Source: Clostridiales bacterium
GTDB taxonomy: Bacteria > Bacillota > Clostridia > Oscillospirales > Oscillospiraceae
Assembly (NCBI GenBank): GCA_029267755.1
Contig: JAJUHS010000001.1
Location: 1 to 58,089, forward strand
Direction: 5' to 3'
Length of the DNA stretch: 58,089 nucleotides
Made by a program: the position numbers and the translations under genes. This document shows positions 46,560 to 56,622 of the stretch, in pieces (position 1 is the stretch's first letter; every line of letters starts with the position of its first letter). The notes beneath the pieces are model-generated. The model did no database searches, was not told the DNA's origin, and saw only the letters and a program-made list of their open reading frames with translations.

Positions 46560-49500
46560 TTACTTGTCTATCTCTACAAATATATCATGTTTCCCATTAT
46601 AATGGTATAAGTTTATTTCTTTTTCAGGATTTATTTTCCCGTCGACAGTTACCGATCTTCTTCCGGTTTTTTTGACCGTTATATTGAATTCACCTTTGTC
46701 CGTCCGCCATACGGCGCCGAAGCCGTCCCACGAATCTGGAAGCGCGGGTTCAATTTTCAGTTTTCCACCGCGAAGCTTCAGTCCGAGCAGCTCCTCCTCG
46801 ACCGTACGGAAGTACCATGCCGCCGCGCCCGTATACCAGTTCCATCCTGCGCGCCCGATATGCTGCGGATTTGAATAAACGTCCGCCGCGAGGACAAATG
46901 GCTCTGCCTTGTATATTTTCTGCTCATGCCCCGCCGGAAGAAGCGTTTTCAGCATTTCCCATCCCTCGTTATTAAGCCCCGTTTTAAGGCAGCCCATAGC
47001 AAGCCAAACCGCCGCATGGGTATACTGCCCTCCGTTTTCACGCACTCCAGGAACGTATCCTCTTATATATCCGGGATCGCTGCTTTCTCCCGAAAACGGA
47101 GGAGTAAAGAGCTTTATTATGCCGTTTTGCCGGTCGAGCAGCCGGTCGACAGCACTTTTTATGCCTGTTTCACACCTTTCCCTGTTGGAATACTTTGTCC
47201 ACGTTGAAAAGCTCTGCGCGATCGAATCTATTTCGCACTCGCCGTCGCCGGAGGCGCCAAGCGGCTTTCCGTCGTCAAAGTAGGCTCTTATGAACCACTT
47301 GCCGTCCCACGCGCCGTTTGCGGCCGAAGCAAAGGATTCGGCAGTCCTTTCGTAATGCTCCGCGAGCTCTTTTTCGCCAAGAGCGGTGCACAGTTCCGCA
47401 AAGCGCTCCAATACGTGAGCCGCGAACCATGAAAGCCAGACGCTTTCTCCCTTTCCTCCGATTCCCAGCCTGTCAAAGCCGTCGTTCCAATCGCCGGTGC
47501 CTATAAGGTTCAGTCCATGTTCGCCCGTACCGCGCGAAATAACCATATCGAGCGCTCGCCTTGCGTGGTCGAACACGCTCTCGAATACACCGCTCCTGCC
47601 CGGAAGCTCATAGCGCTCCGTTTCACCGGCTTTTAAAACCGGAGATGTTATATATTCCGCCTCGACATTGCAGAACCCAAGATCCCCCGTAACTCTGCAA
47701 AAGCGGCAAAGTGCGTAAGGCAGCCACAGAAGGTCGTCGCTGCATCTTGTCCGCACTCCCTTGTCGCACTGCTCGGAAAGCAGGTTTGGATGCCACCAAT
47801 GCTGCACATCTCCCTCAACGTACTGATGCTCGCATGCCCTTATTATCTGCTCTTTCGCAATATCAGGGTAGTGCTGAACTATGCATGACACGTCCTGAAG
47901 CTGATCCCTGAAGCCGTAGGCCCCGCCGTTCTGGTACATTGAGGTTCTCCCTAGTATCCGGGAGGCGAGGGCTTGATACAGCGCCCAGCCGTTCATATAC
48001 TTATTAAGGTTGTCATCCGGAGTCCGCACCGATATTGCGCCAAGCTTTTCGAGCCAAAATTTCTTTGTCCTTCGGAGCGCGTCCTCCGCTCTTTCGAGTT
48101 CAAGATAATCCTTGATTTTTTCCTTATCCTCGCAGCCGGATATGATAACCGCGGCATCACGGAGCTTGAAATCCGCGGAAACGCAGGAAACGGTCCGCGA
48201 CATTGAGCTTGAATCGGCAAAATCAATAAGCTTTTCCGAAAACGCCGTAATATGCCTAATTTCGGGAAACTCAAGATTGCCCCTGTTTTCGGCTATTATA
48301 AGCCCGTCTTGCAGTTCTATCCTTGTCCCGTTCTGAACGGTATCCGCCCCCAGCACAATATCGGTAAAATAATTGATCTTCTCTATTTCATGGCCGTTTT
48401 CAGCCTTTATTATCAATATCCGCGTATCGGAATCAGGCGGCACAAAGGCGGTTGTCCGGATTTTTGCCCCGTTTATCTCCTTTTCCCACTCGGTAAATCC
48501 GAATCCGAATGTGATGCGGCAGCTTTGGCCGTCCGCGTCCGCGAAAACGGAATAAGCCCTGCCGTCGACAAAAGCGCATATGCGTTCCGTACCGTCCGTG
48601 GCGAGAAGGTCGTTCTGCCAGACGTTTATTTTGTTTTCCCTTGCGTTCTTATACCACATATGGCCGGTGCCGCAGTCCGAGGAAATATATCCGAAGCTTC
48701 CGTTAGTCAGAATATTGCTCCATGACACTTGGGGCAGAGCGCCGCAGGTATTGATAACCAGGCTGCCGTCATCCTCGTAATGCAGCTCGACGCTTTCCGA
48801 GGATCTCAGTTCCTCCTTCCAGAAACGGTACTCGCGCGGGACTTCCGGCACTTCATACTGCTTTTCACTCTTTTCAGAACAATAGATCACTTTAGACGAT
48901 GCGCAAATAAGCTCGCCTAGGTTTCCGGCATCCACCACATATATTCCGTTCCCGATTTCACACTCCAGGCCAAGCTCCCTTAAAACTCCGGAGATCATGG
49001 TTTTGACCGGCCTGCGGTAATCCCCGCCGTCATTCGTCACAAACACGAGATCGCTTTTTATACCGCTGCGCCTTAGTATCATGTGGCTTCTCAAAAGCTT
49101 TCTCGCTTTTTCCGAGCAGTCCTCCTTATCCGCCACTACGGTAATAATGGGAATATCCCCGGATATGCCCATCCTCCAAAGCGCCTCTCTCGCACCCGTG
49201 GCCTGCTTTTCGCTTCCTTTATAATTCTCCCTTTTGAAAATCATTGTCTTAAGCAGCTCCATGGCGGAGGCGATATCGTGTGCATCGCCGCACAAGCTTT
49301 TCGCCGCTTCCTCTACCCTGTTCGCGGCGCAGTTTGCCGGAAGCTTCAATATGCCGGAAACGGCGGAAACCGCTTTGTCCGCGTTATCGTCCGCACAGAG
49401 CGCAAATCGGACATGCTCTTCCTCCGAGGGTTTGATTTGAATCTTCACTCTGACCAGAACGCAGGGATCCAGAACCGCGCCGAGCGTATTGCCGGCCGGG

Positions 49501-52500
49501 CGGTTCAGCGCATTTTTTAAGCTTCTTTCTCCGCCGCGCCCGAGCGCCGCCTCCTTCATTGTGTCGAAGCACATCTCTCCGTCGCAGGCAAATGCGGCGC
49601 AGGAACTGCGTTTTTTGCCGCTGGCTCGCCTTTTTATCACAATTGCCCCGTCCCTCAGCTCCGTTTCTATCCCAAGCTTTGAGAATGCGGGATGGGCGTA
49701 GTAGTCGTTCCTTTTCGCCAGAACCGGCTCAAAGTAGCAGACGAGCTCGGCTTCCATTGTTTTATTCTGCAGATTCCTTATTGAGACGGTTCGCAGTTCT
49801 CCGCTTTCCTCGGGTGCAACCCTTACGCTGACGCAGGATATGAAATCCCGCCTTTTTGAGCGGATCTCGCCGAAGCGGTCGGTAAATTTATATGAAAACT
49901 CTGCCTCTCCGCTGAAGTCCGGCGCCGGCAAAAGAGAATATGCTCCGCTTTCGGTTTTCAGATAAAAACTCATGCCCTGCGACGCGCCGAAATAAGTCCC
50001 GTCGAACCTCGTGACCAGCATATCTCCGAACATGCTTCTGCTTGCTCCGGCCTCTGAAAGTGCTACGGTATAGGCTCCGTTTGAAAGCAGAGTGCAGGCA
50101 GGATCATTCGCGTTTACGCCCTCTCCCGATATGTTGAGGCCCTGCCATGCGATTATTCTCGGCTTGTCGGGCACCTCTCTCGAAGTCTTTTTGAGCACTA
50201 TCTGCCCTATTGGCACCTTTTCCTGAAGCAGCTCCGAATACGCCGCCATTTCCCTGTCACGCATGAAGCGCTTTTGCATTATGCCGTCGTTTACCGCGTT
50301 GTCGGCGGCTACTATGCTCATTCCGAGGTGATGGGCCATAAAGCACCTTACCACCTCGTACTTCTTTCCTAGCTGTCTCGCAGGAGTAAAGTCCGCAGCC
50401 TCATAAAAGCCGTATCGCCCCTCCATACCCATCTGCGCCAGCTTTTTAAGATTTTTCACCGCACTTTTCGGTGAAAGCTGCAGCGCGAGGAAGGTCGAGT
50501 ACGGCGATATGACACAGTCCTTGTCCTGTCCGCGTTTAAGCGCAAGACGCGCAGCTCCGTGCGCCTTATACTGATAGTTCAGGTTCGGGTCGAAGGAGTA
50601 AAAAGCGCTCTCCGACATTCCCCAGGGGCTGAATGTTTTTTGCTGGACATAAATGCAGAACTTCATGCTCTCGTACAGCAGTGAGTTTTCATAGCAGGGC
50701 ATTATAAGGTTCGGCATAAGGTATTCGAACATCGTGCCGGTCCATGACGCCATGCCGCTGAAGTTGTCCTTGGATACGAGCGCCCTGCCCAGCCGTCTCC
50801 AATGCTTTTTTGTTACCTGCCCCTTTGCTATTGCAAGATAGCTCGTCTGCCTTGCCTCGCTCGCCATAAGATCGTACCAGCCCTTTGTCGGTGTGCCGTC
50901 CGCTTCAATTCCTATATAAAACAACTGTCTTTCATCGTCGAAAAGAAGCTTGAAATCCATGGCGTCGGCCAGCCTGTCCGCTCTCTCGGCGAGGTTTTTA
51001 AATTCCTCGCCGCGTTCGAGCAGCGCTTCGCGCAGCACGATCAGGGCTCCCGCCAGGTTTCCGCTGTCAACCGCGGAAATATACGGCGGTTCGAGAGGCC
51101 GGAGCGTCTTTGAATCGTACCAGTTGTAGAGATGCCCGTTCCATTTCGGCAGCTTTTCGATCGTTTCCAGAATGTTCTCAATCAGCGCCGGGGCGTTTTC
51201 GGAACCGCTGAGTCCCATATCCATTGCCGCCTGAGCGGAAAGCAGAGCAAGCCCGATATTTGTCGGCGATGTGCGCTCCGCCGCGCCGACATAGGGCTGT
51301 TCCTGATAGTTATCAGGCGGCAGGTAGTTGTTTTCGGGTCCCGTAAGTTCGCTGAAGTAGCGCCATATATCGTTTGCCGCCCTCACGATAAAGAGGCGGT
51401 CTTCAACCGACAAGGTGCGCTTATTGATTTTTTCGACGCTCAGGCTCAGGGCGCAGACCGGCGAAATCAGCCAGACAATGCCAACCGCGGTGCCGGCGGC
51501 CCATCTTGAAAACAAAACGGCAAGCAGCCCCAGAAGCATCGCCGCGTACATTTTCCGGCAGTAAGAGAGGATATTGTCGCAACTGTGTTTTTCGCTTTCG
51601 GCTGCGGTAACCCATGAAAGAAGGTTTTTCTTTGAAACATACATTCGATAAAGCGCGGTAACTATCGCATGAAAGCATATATACGCCTGGTAAGGCAGAA
51701 AAACCAGCTGCAGAAGCGTTTGTGTCAGCGCAGCCCCGAAGCCTGATATTATTGTAGAATGATATTTGGCCTTGCCGCTTATATCTCTCCTAAACACAAG
51801 CTCCGCCGAGGAAATAAGAAGCGCCGAAACGGCGGAAAGTATCGCCACGGAAGCCGCGACAGCAAAATCCTTGCTAGATGTAAGCATGCCGATGTAAACC
51901 GCGGCAAAGGTGAAAATCGGAACCGTGCTGCGGCGCAGATTGTCGAATATCTTCCATCGGTTTACCTGATTTAAAGGATTTTTCACCAGTCTCCCGTTTC
52001 CGTCCGGAACATAGGCGCGAAGCCAGCGGATAAGCTGCCAGTCACCCCTCGTCCATCGATGCAGGCGCTCGTAATACGAGGATATCTTATACGGATATCC
52101 GTCTGTGAATTCCACATCTCCAGCAAAGCCGGCACGCAGATAAGCCCCCTCCAAAAGGTCGTGTGAAAGTATCAGGTTTTCCGGGAGGCGATTTTCAAGA
52201 CAGACACGGTAGGCTTCCACATTGATTATGCCCTTGCCCATGAAGCTGCCCTCGTCAAAAAGGTCGTTATAAACGTCGCCCGCCGTGTTCCCGTAAGGGT
52301 CAATACCGCCCTGTCCCGCGAAAAGCCTTGTAAAATCGGACCTGTTTGCGGCTTTGAGGTCAACCGATACTCTCGGCTGCAGTATTGCGTGTCCCGACGT
52401 GACTACCCTTTTTTGAGCATCGATTTCGGCTTTATTCAGTGGATGAAGCATTGCACCGACAAGTTCGCGAGCCGTACTTACGCCAAGTCTGGTATCGCTG

Positions 52501-53996
52501 TCCAGCGTTATGATATACTTTGTTCCACCTAGCCTGCTTTTGTTTCCCACGAGAATTTTCATATTTGTATCCTCGCCGCTTAAGAGGCGCACGAGCTCAA
52601 GGATAGCTCCCCTTTTACGCTCCCAGCCCATATACCTCCCGTTGCATTTCGAGAAAACCCGGCCTCTGGAGAAGAGATAAAAGCCCCCGTACTTCTCGTT
52701 CAGCCTTTCAAGCTCGTTTTGAATCTTTGAAAGCTTTGCTGCGTCACCCTCGCTGTGTTCTGTTCGCGACTCCGGCAAATCGGCCAGTATGCCGAACATA
52801 AGGTTCTTACCGCTGTCCCGGTTGGATAGGTAGTATTCTTCTAGCCGCTCGGCACATTCCAGGCAGGCGTCTTCCGATGTCAGCAGTGCTGATATAACGC
52901 AGATCGTTTTTCCCTCTTCAGGAATTCCACCCTTCAGTTCGAGCTTCGGCGTAAGACGCGGGCGCACAAATTTTATTATAAGGAAATCCTGAAAGTTCTT
53001 GATTATTTCGGAAATCGGGAACAGCAGGATAACGGAGATTATCGGGCTTCTCAGCAGAAAACCAAGAAGCAGTGCAAGAAAAAGCGACGAAAGCATGACC
53101 GTCGTAATGTAAATGCCTCCTCTTCTTGTCTTATGCGGTCCGCCGAGAGGCCTTTCGAAAAGATAGTAACCCACATGTGCATACTTGCCTTCACCGTTCG
53201 CGGCCAGCTCCACTATCTTTCGGGCCAGCTTGTGCTCTTCAATACCCGTTTTGCGGCTGAGCTCAGATACCCTTCTGCGGTAATATATCCTCGTCTTGTC
53301 GTCCATTTGCCTATAAACGCCTGACGGATCGTTCTGAAGTATCCGCTCAGTCACGTTGACAGATTCCAGTATCTTAAAAACATCAATGCCGGAAAGCAGC
53401 CGGAGCGAGGTAATAACATTTTCGGCCGCCTCCGCAAGGTCGCATTCTTCTTCGGTTTTTACTCTTTCCTTTGCGTTCCTTTTTAAATACTCCTCGGTTT
53501 TTGCTGAAATATCGGCAAGCTCCGAAACAAGCGCCGCCTTTAAAGATGGCATAAAAACGGCTAGTTCTCGCTCACGAAGCACAACAACATTTTGGAAGCC
53601 TTCAAGAAATATTGACATACGCTCGGCGGTGACCTGTCCTGCTCCGGAACGTACAAATTCCTCCGCAGCATAGGTGACTATCGATTTTCCGTTTTTGTCG
53701 GCGGCGCGCGTCATGGAAATGTTCTGCAGATCCCTTATGGCCTGCTTACCTTCCCTTTCGGCGATGTACCAGTTGTCGGTAAGCCATTCGGCAGGTTTGG
53801 GCATTCTGTTTCCGGCCGCCGCATAGTCCTCCGATGCCCGTACTACCGACCTTATACGCTTTAGATTGTCAGCCGTGTTAATTCCGGTGCCCTTTGCACG
53901 CCTGCCATTTGAAAGCTCCAGCATCTTCGCGGTATTCTCGGCAAAATGCATAAGCTTATCGTCTTCTATATAGAACCTATGATTTTTATTTATCAT
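46560..53996 (-). CDS. Giant membrane glycosyltransferase / GH94 phosphorylase fusion, cyclic beta-1,2-glucan synthase (Cgs/NdvB)-like
   Basis: N-terminal TM segments. GT motifs LDSDT (~52492-52503) and HRWTRGDWQ (~52038-52065). More TM helices follow. The C-terminal GH94-type region carries GGAYGFRDQLQD (~47891-47925). Start set to ATG 53996 (MINKNHRFYIEDD), 7 nt after GGAG. Confidence 0.7.
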   Translation of the reverse strand: MINKNHRFYIEDDKLMHFAENTAKMLELSNGRRAKGTGINTADNLKRIRSVVRASEDYAAAGNRMPKPAEWLTDNWYIAEREGKQAIRDLQNISMTRAADKNGKSIVTYAAEEFVRSGAGQVTAERMSIFLEGFQNVVVLRERELAVFMPSLKAALVSELADISAKTEEYLKRNAKERVKTEEECDLAEAAENVITSLRLLSGIDVFKILESVNVTERILQNDPSGVYRQMDDKTRIYYRRRVSELSRKTGIEEHKLARKIVELAANGEGKYAHVGYYLFERPLGGPHKTRRGGIYITTVMLSSLFLALLLGFLLRSPIISVILLFPISEIIKNFQDFLIIKFVRPRLTPKLELKGGIPEEGKTICVISALLTSEDACLECAERLEEYYLSNRDSGKNLMFGILADLPESRTEHSEGDAAKLSKIQNELERLNEKYGGFYLFSRGRVFSKCNGRYMGWERKRGAILELVRLLSGEDTNMKILVGNKSRLGGTKYIITLDSDTRLGVSTARELVGAMLHPLNKAEIDAQKRVVTSGHAILQPRVSVDLKAANRSDFTRLFAGQGGIDPYGNTAGDVYNDLFDEGSFMGKGIINVEAYRVCLENRLPENLILSHDLLEGAYLRAGFAGDVEFTDGYPYKISSYYERLHRWTRGDWQLIRWLRAYVPDGNGRLVKNPLNQVNRWKIFDNLRRSTVPIFTFAAVYIGMLTSSKDFAVAASVAILSAVSALLISSAELVFRRDISGKAKYHSTIISGFGAALTQTLLQLVFLPYQAYICFHAIVTALYRMYVSKKNLLSWVTAAESEKHSCDNILSYCRKMYAAMLLGLLAVLFSRWAAGTAVGIVWLISPVCALSLSVEKINKRTLSVEDRLFIVRAANDIWRYFSELTGPENNYLPPDNYQEQPYVGAAERTSPTNIGLALLSAQAAMDMGLSGSENAPALIENILETIEKLPKWNGHLYNWYDSKTLRPLEPPYISAVDSGNLAGALIVLREALLERGEEFKNLAERADRLADAMDFKLLFDDERQLFYIGIEADGTPTKGWYDLMASEARQTSYLAIAKGQVTKKHWRRLGRALVSKDNFSGMASWTGTMFEYLMPNLIMPCYENSLLYESMKFCIYVQQKTFSPWGMSESAFYSFDPNLNYQYKAHGAARLALKRGQDKDCVISPYSTFLALQLSPKSAVKNLKKLAQMGMEGRYGFYEAADFTPARQLGKKYEVVRCFMAHHLGMSIVAADNAVNDGIMQKRFMRDREMAAYSELLQEKVPIGQIVLKKTSREVPDKPRIIAWQGLNISGEGVNANDPACTLLSNGAYTVALSEAGASRSMFGDMLVTRFDGTYFGASQGMSFYLKTESGAYSLLPAPDFSGEAEFSYKFTDRFGEIRSKRRDFISCVSVRVAPEESGELRTVSIRNLQNKTMEAELVCYFEPVLAKRNDYYAHPAFSKLGIETELRDGAIVIKRRASGKKRSSCAAFACDGEMCFDTMKEAALGRGGERSLKNALNRPAGNTLGAVLDPCVLVRVKIQIKPSEEEHVRFALCADDNADKAVSAVSGILKLPANCAANRVEEAAKSLCGDAHDIASAMELLKTMIFKRENYKGSEKQATGAREALWRMGISGDIPIITVVADKEDCSEKARKLLRSHMILRRSGIKSDLVFVTNDGGDYRRPVKTMISGVLRELGLECEIGNGIYVVDAGNLGELICASSKVIYCSEKSEKQYEVPEVPREYRFWKEELRSSESVELHYEDDGSLVINTCGALPQVSWSNILTNGSFGYISSDCGTGHMWYKNARENKINVWQNDLLATDGTERICAFVDGRAYSVFADADGQSCRITFGFGFTEWEKEINGAKIRTTAFVPPDSDTRILIIKAENGHEIEKINYFTDIVLGADTVQNGTRIELQDGLIIAENRGNLEFPEIRHITAFSEKLIDFADSSSMSRTVSCVSADFKLRDAAVIISGCEDKEKIKDYLELERAEDALRRTKKFWLEKLGAISVRTPDDNLNKYMNGWALYQALASRILGRTSMYQNGGAYGFRDQLQDVSCIVQHYPDIAKEQIIRACEHQYVEGDVQHWWHPNLLSEQCDKGVRTRCSDDLLWLPYALCRFCRVTGDLGFCNVEAEYITSPVLKAGETERYELPGRSGVFESVFDHARRALDMVISRGTGEHGLNLIGTGDWNDGFDRLGIGGKGESVWLSWFAAHVLERFAELCTALGEKELAEHYERTAESFASAANGAWDGKWFIRAYFDDGKPLGASGDGECEIDSIAQSFSTWTKYSNRERCETGIKSAVDRLLDRQNGIIKLFTPPFSGESSDPGYIRGYVPGVRENGGQYTHAAVWLAMGCLKTGLNNEGWEMLKTLLPAGHEQKIYKAEPFVLAADVYSNPQHIGRAGWNWYTGAAAWYFRTVEEELLGLKLRGGKLKIEPALPDSWDGFGAVWRTDKGEFNITVKKTGRRSVTVDGKINPEKEINLYHYNGKHDIFVEIDK

Positions 53997-54153
53997 CTCT
54001 GATCTCCAAAAACCAATATTTGTAAATGCTTTGGAACCTGTGACAGTGTATAAGCTATTTTTCCTCTGGCATTTCACAAATATGCAGTTTTTTGTCATAT
54101 AATGGTCTTTTAATGTAAAGCAAAACTACCTGTCATAAAATGTTCTTTTACAC

Positions 54154-54182
54154 TTGACAAAAAAATTCTTTCAAGTTAGAAT
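54154..54182 (+). promoter_or_regulatory. Sigma-A promoter of the ylxM-ffh cluster
   Basis: TTGACA (54154-54159), 17-nt spacer, TAGAAT (54177-54182). Confidence 0.6.
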
Positions 54183-54241
54183 ATACACCTGTAAGGTGCT
54201 TTGGCTTTACTCTTGCGGTCGAGTCTGCGTCGGAGGTTTTT

Positions 54242-54604
54242 ATGGATAAAACGGTGCATATGGCAATGCTTTTTGATTTTTTCGGCGAGCTTCTTACGGA
54301 TAAGCAAAAAGAATACTTTGACCTTTACTATAACGAGAACCTCTCGCTTTCCGAGATCGCTGAGAACGAGGGGATCAGCCGGCAGGGTGTACGCGATATC
54401 ATCATGCGCGCCGAAGCAATACTTACCGATATAGAGCAAAAAACCGGGATTGTGAAACGCTATACCGAAATGCAGGCGGATATCTCAATGATTGAAGGCT
54501 ACCTTGCGGAAATAGTAAATTTAAACCAGCTTAGATTTAAAAACGGTAAGCTTCTTGAGCTGTCAAACAAAATTTCCGAAAGGATTCAATTCCTGAAAAA
54601 TTAG
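54242..54604 (+). CDS. ylxM: UPF0122 / YlxM putative HTH protein
   Basis: LFDFFGELLTDKQKEYFDLYYNENLSLSEIAENEGISRQGVRD. Conserved position upstream of ffh. Confidence 0.85.
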   Translation: MDKTVHMAMLFDFFGELLTDKQKEYFDLYYNENLSLSEIAENEGISRQGVRDIIMRAEAILTDIEQKTGIVKRYTEMQADISMIEGYLAEIVNLNQLRFKNGKLLELSNKISERIQFLKN

Positions 54605-54670
54605 AATGAAACGAAGCATGGCGCAATATATCGGACTCGATTATATTGCCCAAGCTAATCGGAGGAAAAC

Positions 54671-56008
54671 ATGGCATTTGAAAGCTTATCCGAAAAATTG
54701 TCGGCCTCGTTCAAAAAGCTCCGCAGCAAGGGAAGGTTGACAAGCGCGGATATAAAGGAAGCGATGCGCGAGGTTCGCATCGCCCTTCTCGAAGCCGACG
54801 TCAGCTATAAGGTCGTCAAGGACTTTATAGCCAAGGTCAGCGAACGCGCCGTCGGTGCGGACGTGCTTGAAAGCCTCACTCCCGCCCAGATGGTCATCAA
54901 GATCGTTAACGAGGAACTTATCGCCCTCATGGGCAGCGAAAACTCGAAGATTACGATTTCGTCGAAGCCCCCAACAGTCGTTATGCTCGTCGGTCTTCAG
55001 GGCGCTGGCAAAACCACAAACGGCGCGAAGCTCGCGGCACTGATGAAAAAAAGCGGCAAGCGCCCGCTTCTTGCCGCCTGCGACATTTACCGTCCTGCGG
55101 CTATCGATCAGCTCAAAACCGTCGGAGCTCAGGTAGACGTCCCGGTTTTTGAAATGGGCAAAACCGACCCCGTCAATATAGCCAAGGCCGCCGTTGAACA
55201 TGCAAAAAAGCACGGCAACGACATGGTTTTTCTTGACACGGCGGGCCGGCTCCATATAGACGAAGCGCTTATGGACGAACTTAAGAACATCAAGTCCGCG
55301 GTCAAACCCGACGAAATTCTTCTTGTCGTCGACGCAATGACAGGCCAGGACGCTGTCAATGCGGCTTCCGCCTTTAACGATGCGTTAGGCATCGACGGCA
55401 TCTTCCTCACAAAGCTTGACGGCGACGCGAGGGGCGGCGCTGCTCTTTCGGTCCGCGCGGTTACCGGAAAACCGATCAAGTTCGTCGGCATGGGCGAAAA
55501 GCTTGATGCGGTCGAGCTTTTTCACCCCGACAGGATGGCATCCAGAATCCTCGGAATGGGCGACGTGCTTACGCTTATCGAGAAGGCCGAGCAGAGCTTC
55601 GACCAGAAAAAGGCCGAGGAAATGGCCGCAAAGCTCAAGGCCAACAAATTTACGCTTACCGATTACTACGAGCAGCTTGTTTCCCTCAAATCGATGGGTT
55701 CCATATCGGATATCGCCGGCATGATACCGGGTGTCGACGCAAAGGCGCTCAGCGGCGCGAAAATAGACGAAAAGGCGCTTGTGCGCACTGAAGCGATAAT
55801 CCAGTCGATGACGCGGTACGAGAGGGATAACCCCCAAGTCCTCAACAGCAGCCGCAAAAGGCGCATCGCCGCCGGCAGCGGCACTACAGTCGTTGATGTG
55901 AACCGCCTTTTGAAGCAATTTGAAACCATGCAGGCCATGGCGAAGCAGTTCGCAGGCGCTAAAAAGGGCAAATTCTTCGGCAAAGGCAGAAATCCGTTCG
56001 GGTTTTGA
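54671..56008 (+). CDS. ffh: Signal recognition particle protein Ffh
   Basis: GLQGAGKTT, DTAGRL, TKLDGDARGGAALS and a Met-rich M domain. Confidence 0.97.
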   Translation: MAFESLSEKLSASFKKLRSKGRLTSADIKEAMREVRIALLEADVSYKVVKDFIAKVSERAVGADVLESLTPAQMVIKIVNEELIALMGSENSKITISSKPPTVVMLVGLQGAGKTTNGAKLAALMKKSGKRPLLAACDIYRPAAIDQLKTVGAQVDVPVFEMGKTDPVNIAKAAVEHAKKHGNDMVFLDTAGRLHIDEALMDELKNIKSAVKPDEILLVVDAMTGQDAVNAASAFNDALGIDGIFLTKLDGDARGGAALSVRAVTGKPIKFVGMGEKLDAVELFHPDRMASRILGMGDVLTLIEKAEQSFDQKKAEEMAAKLKANKFTLTDYYEQLVSLKSMGSISDIAGMIPGVDAKALSGAKIDEKALVRTEAIIQSMTRYERDNPQVLNSSRKRRIAAGSGTTVVDVNRLLKQFETMQAMAKQFAGAKKGKFFGKGRNPFGF

Positions 56009-56082
56009 TTTGTATGGTGCGTTAGTGCTATTGCAAATTTTAGCTATATAACCTTTTTATCATATATCTGGAGGTGAATTTC

Positions 56083-56322
56083 ATGGTAAAAATCAGACTT
56101 CGCAGAATGGGCGCAAAGAAGAATCCATTTTACAGAATAGTTGTCGCCGATTCTCGTTTTCCCCGTGACGGAAGATTTATCGAGGAGATAGGCACATATA
56201 ATCCCCTCGCCAATCCGTCCGAAATAAAGGTCGACGGTGAACGCGCTCTTGCGTGGATAAAGTCCGGCGCTCAGCCAACCGATACCGTAAAAGCCCTGCT
56301 CAAAAAATCCGGCGTGCTCTAA
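56083..56322 (+). CDS. rpsP: 30S ribosomal protein S16
   Basis: [28 protein letters not shown] 56083 follows GGAGGTG. Confidence 0.95.
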   Translation: MVKIRLRRMGAKKNPFYRIVVADSRFPRDGRFIEEIGTYNPLANPSEIKVDGERALAWIKSGAQPTDTVKALLKKSGVL

Positions 56323-56333
56323 GGAGAAGATCA

Positions 56334-56564
56334 ATGAAGGACCTTTTACTTTATATTGCTCAAAACCTTGTGGATCATCCCGAGGAGGTCACCGTTACCG
56401 AGATCGAGGGCGAGAACGAGACTGTTTTGGAACTTCGTGTCGCCGAAGGCGACATGGGCAAGGTCATAGGCCGTCAGGGCAGAATTGCAAAGGAAATCCG
56501 TACGCTTATCAAATCCGTTGCGGTGCGCAGCGGCAAAAGGGTGTCCGTCGAAATCGTTGACTGA
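56334..56564 (+). CDS. KH-domain RNA-binding protein (YlqC-like)
   Basis: GDMGKVIGRQGRIAKEIRTLI. ATG 56334 follows AAGGAG. The ORF-track start 56253 overlaps rpsP. Confidence 0.85.
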   Translation: MKDLLLYIAQNLVDHPEEVTVTEIEGENETVLELRVAEGDMGKVIGRQGRIAKEIRTLIKSVAVRSGKRVSVEIVD

Positions 56565-56572
56565 CGGATCAG

Positions 56573-56605
56573 AGTGCCCCGCACATAAGGCGGGGCACTT
56601 ATTTC
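56573..56605 (+). terminator. Intra-operon hairpin (possible partial terminator or processing site)
   Basis: AGTGCCCCGC (56573-56582) pairs with GCGGGGCACT (56590-56599), followed by TATTTCTATATT. Confidence 0.45.
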
Positions 56606-56622
56606 TATATTGAGGTAATTGT

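Noticed and set aside
53997-54098. N-terminal 34 codons of the giant ORF (MTKNCIFVKCQRKN...)
   Set aside because: There is no RBS. The internal ATG 53996 follows GGAG, 7 nt upstream. The start remains uncertain, but the shorter form is more plausible.
54686-55918. Minus-strand ORFs of 189, 120 and 177 aa
   Set aside because: Antisense to ffh, which is unambiguous.
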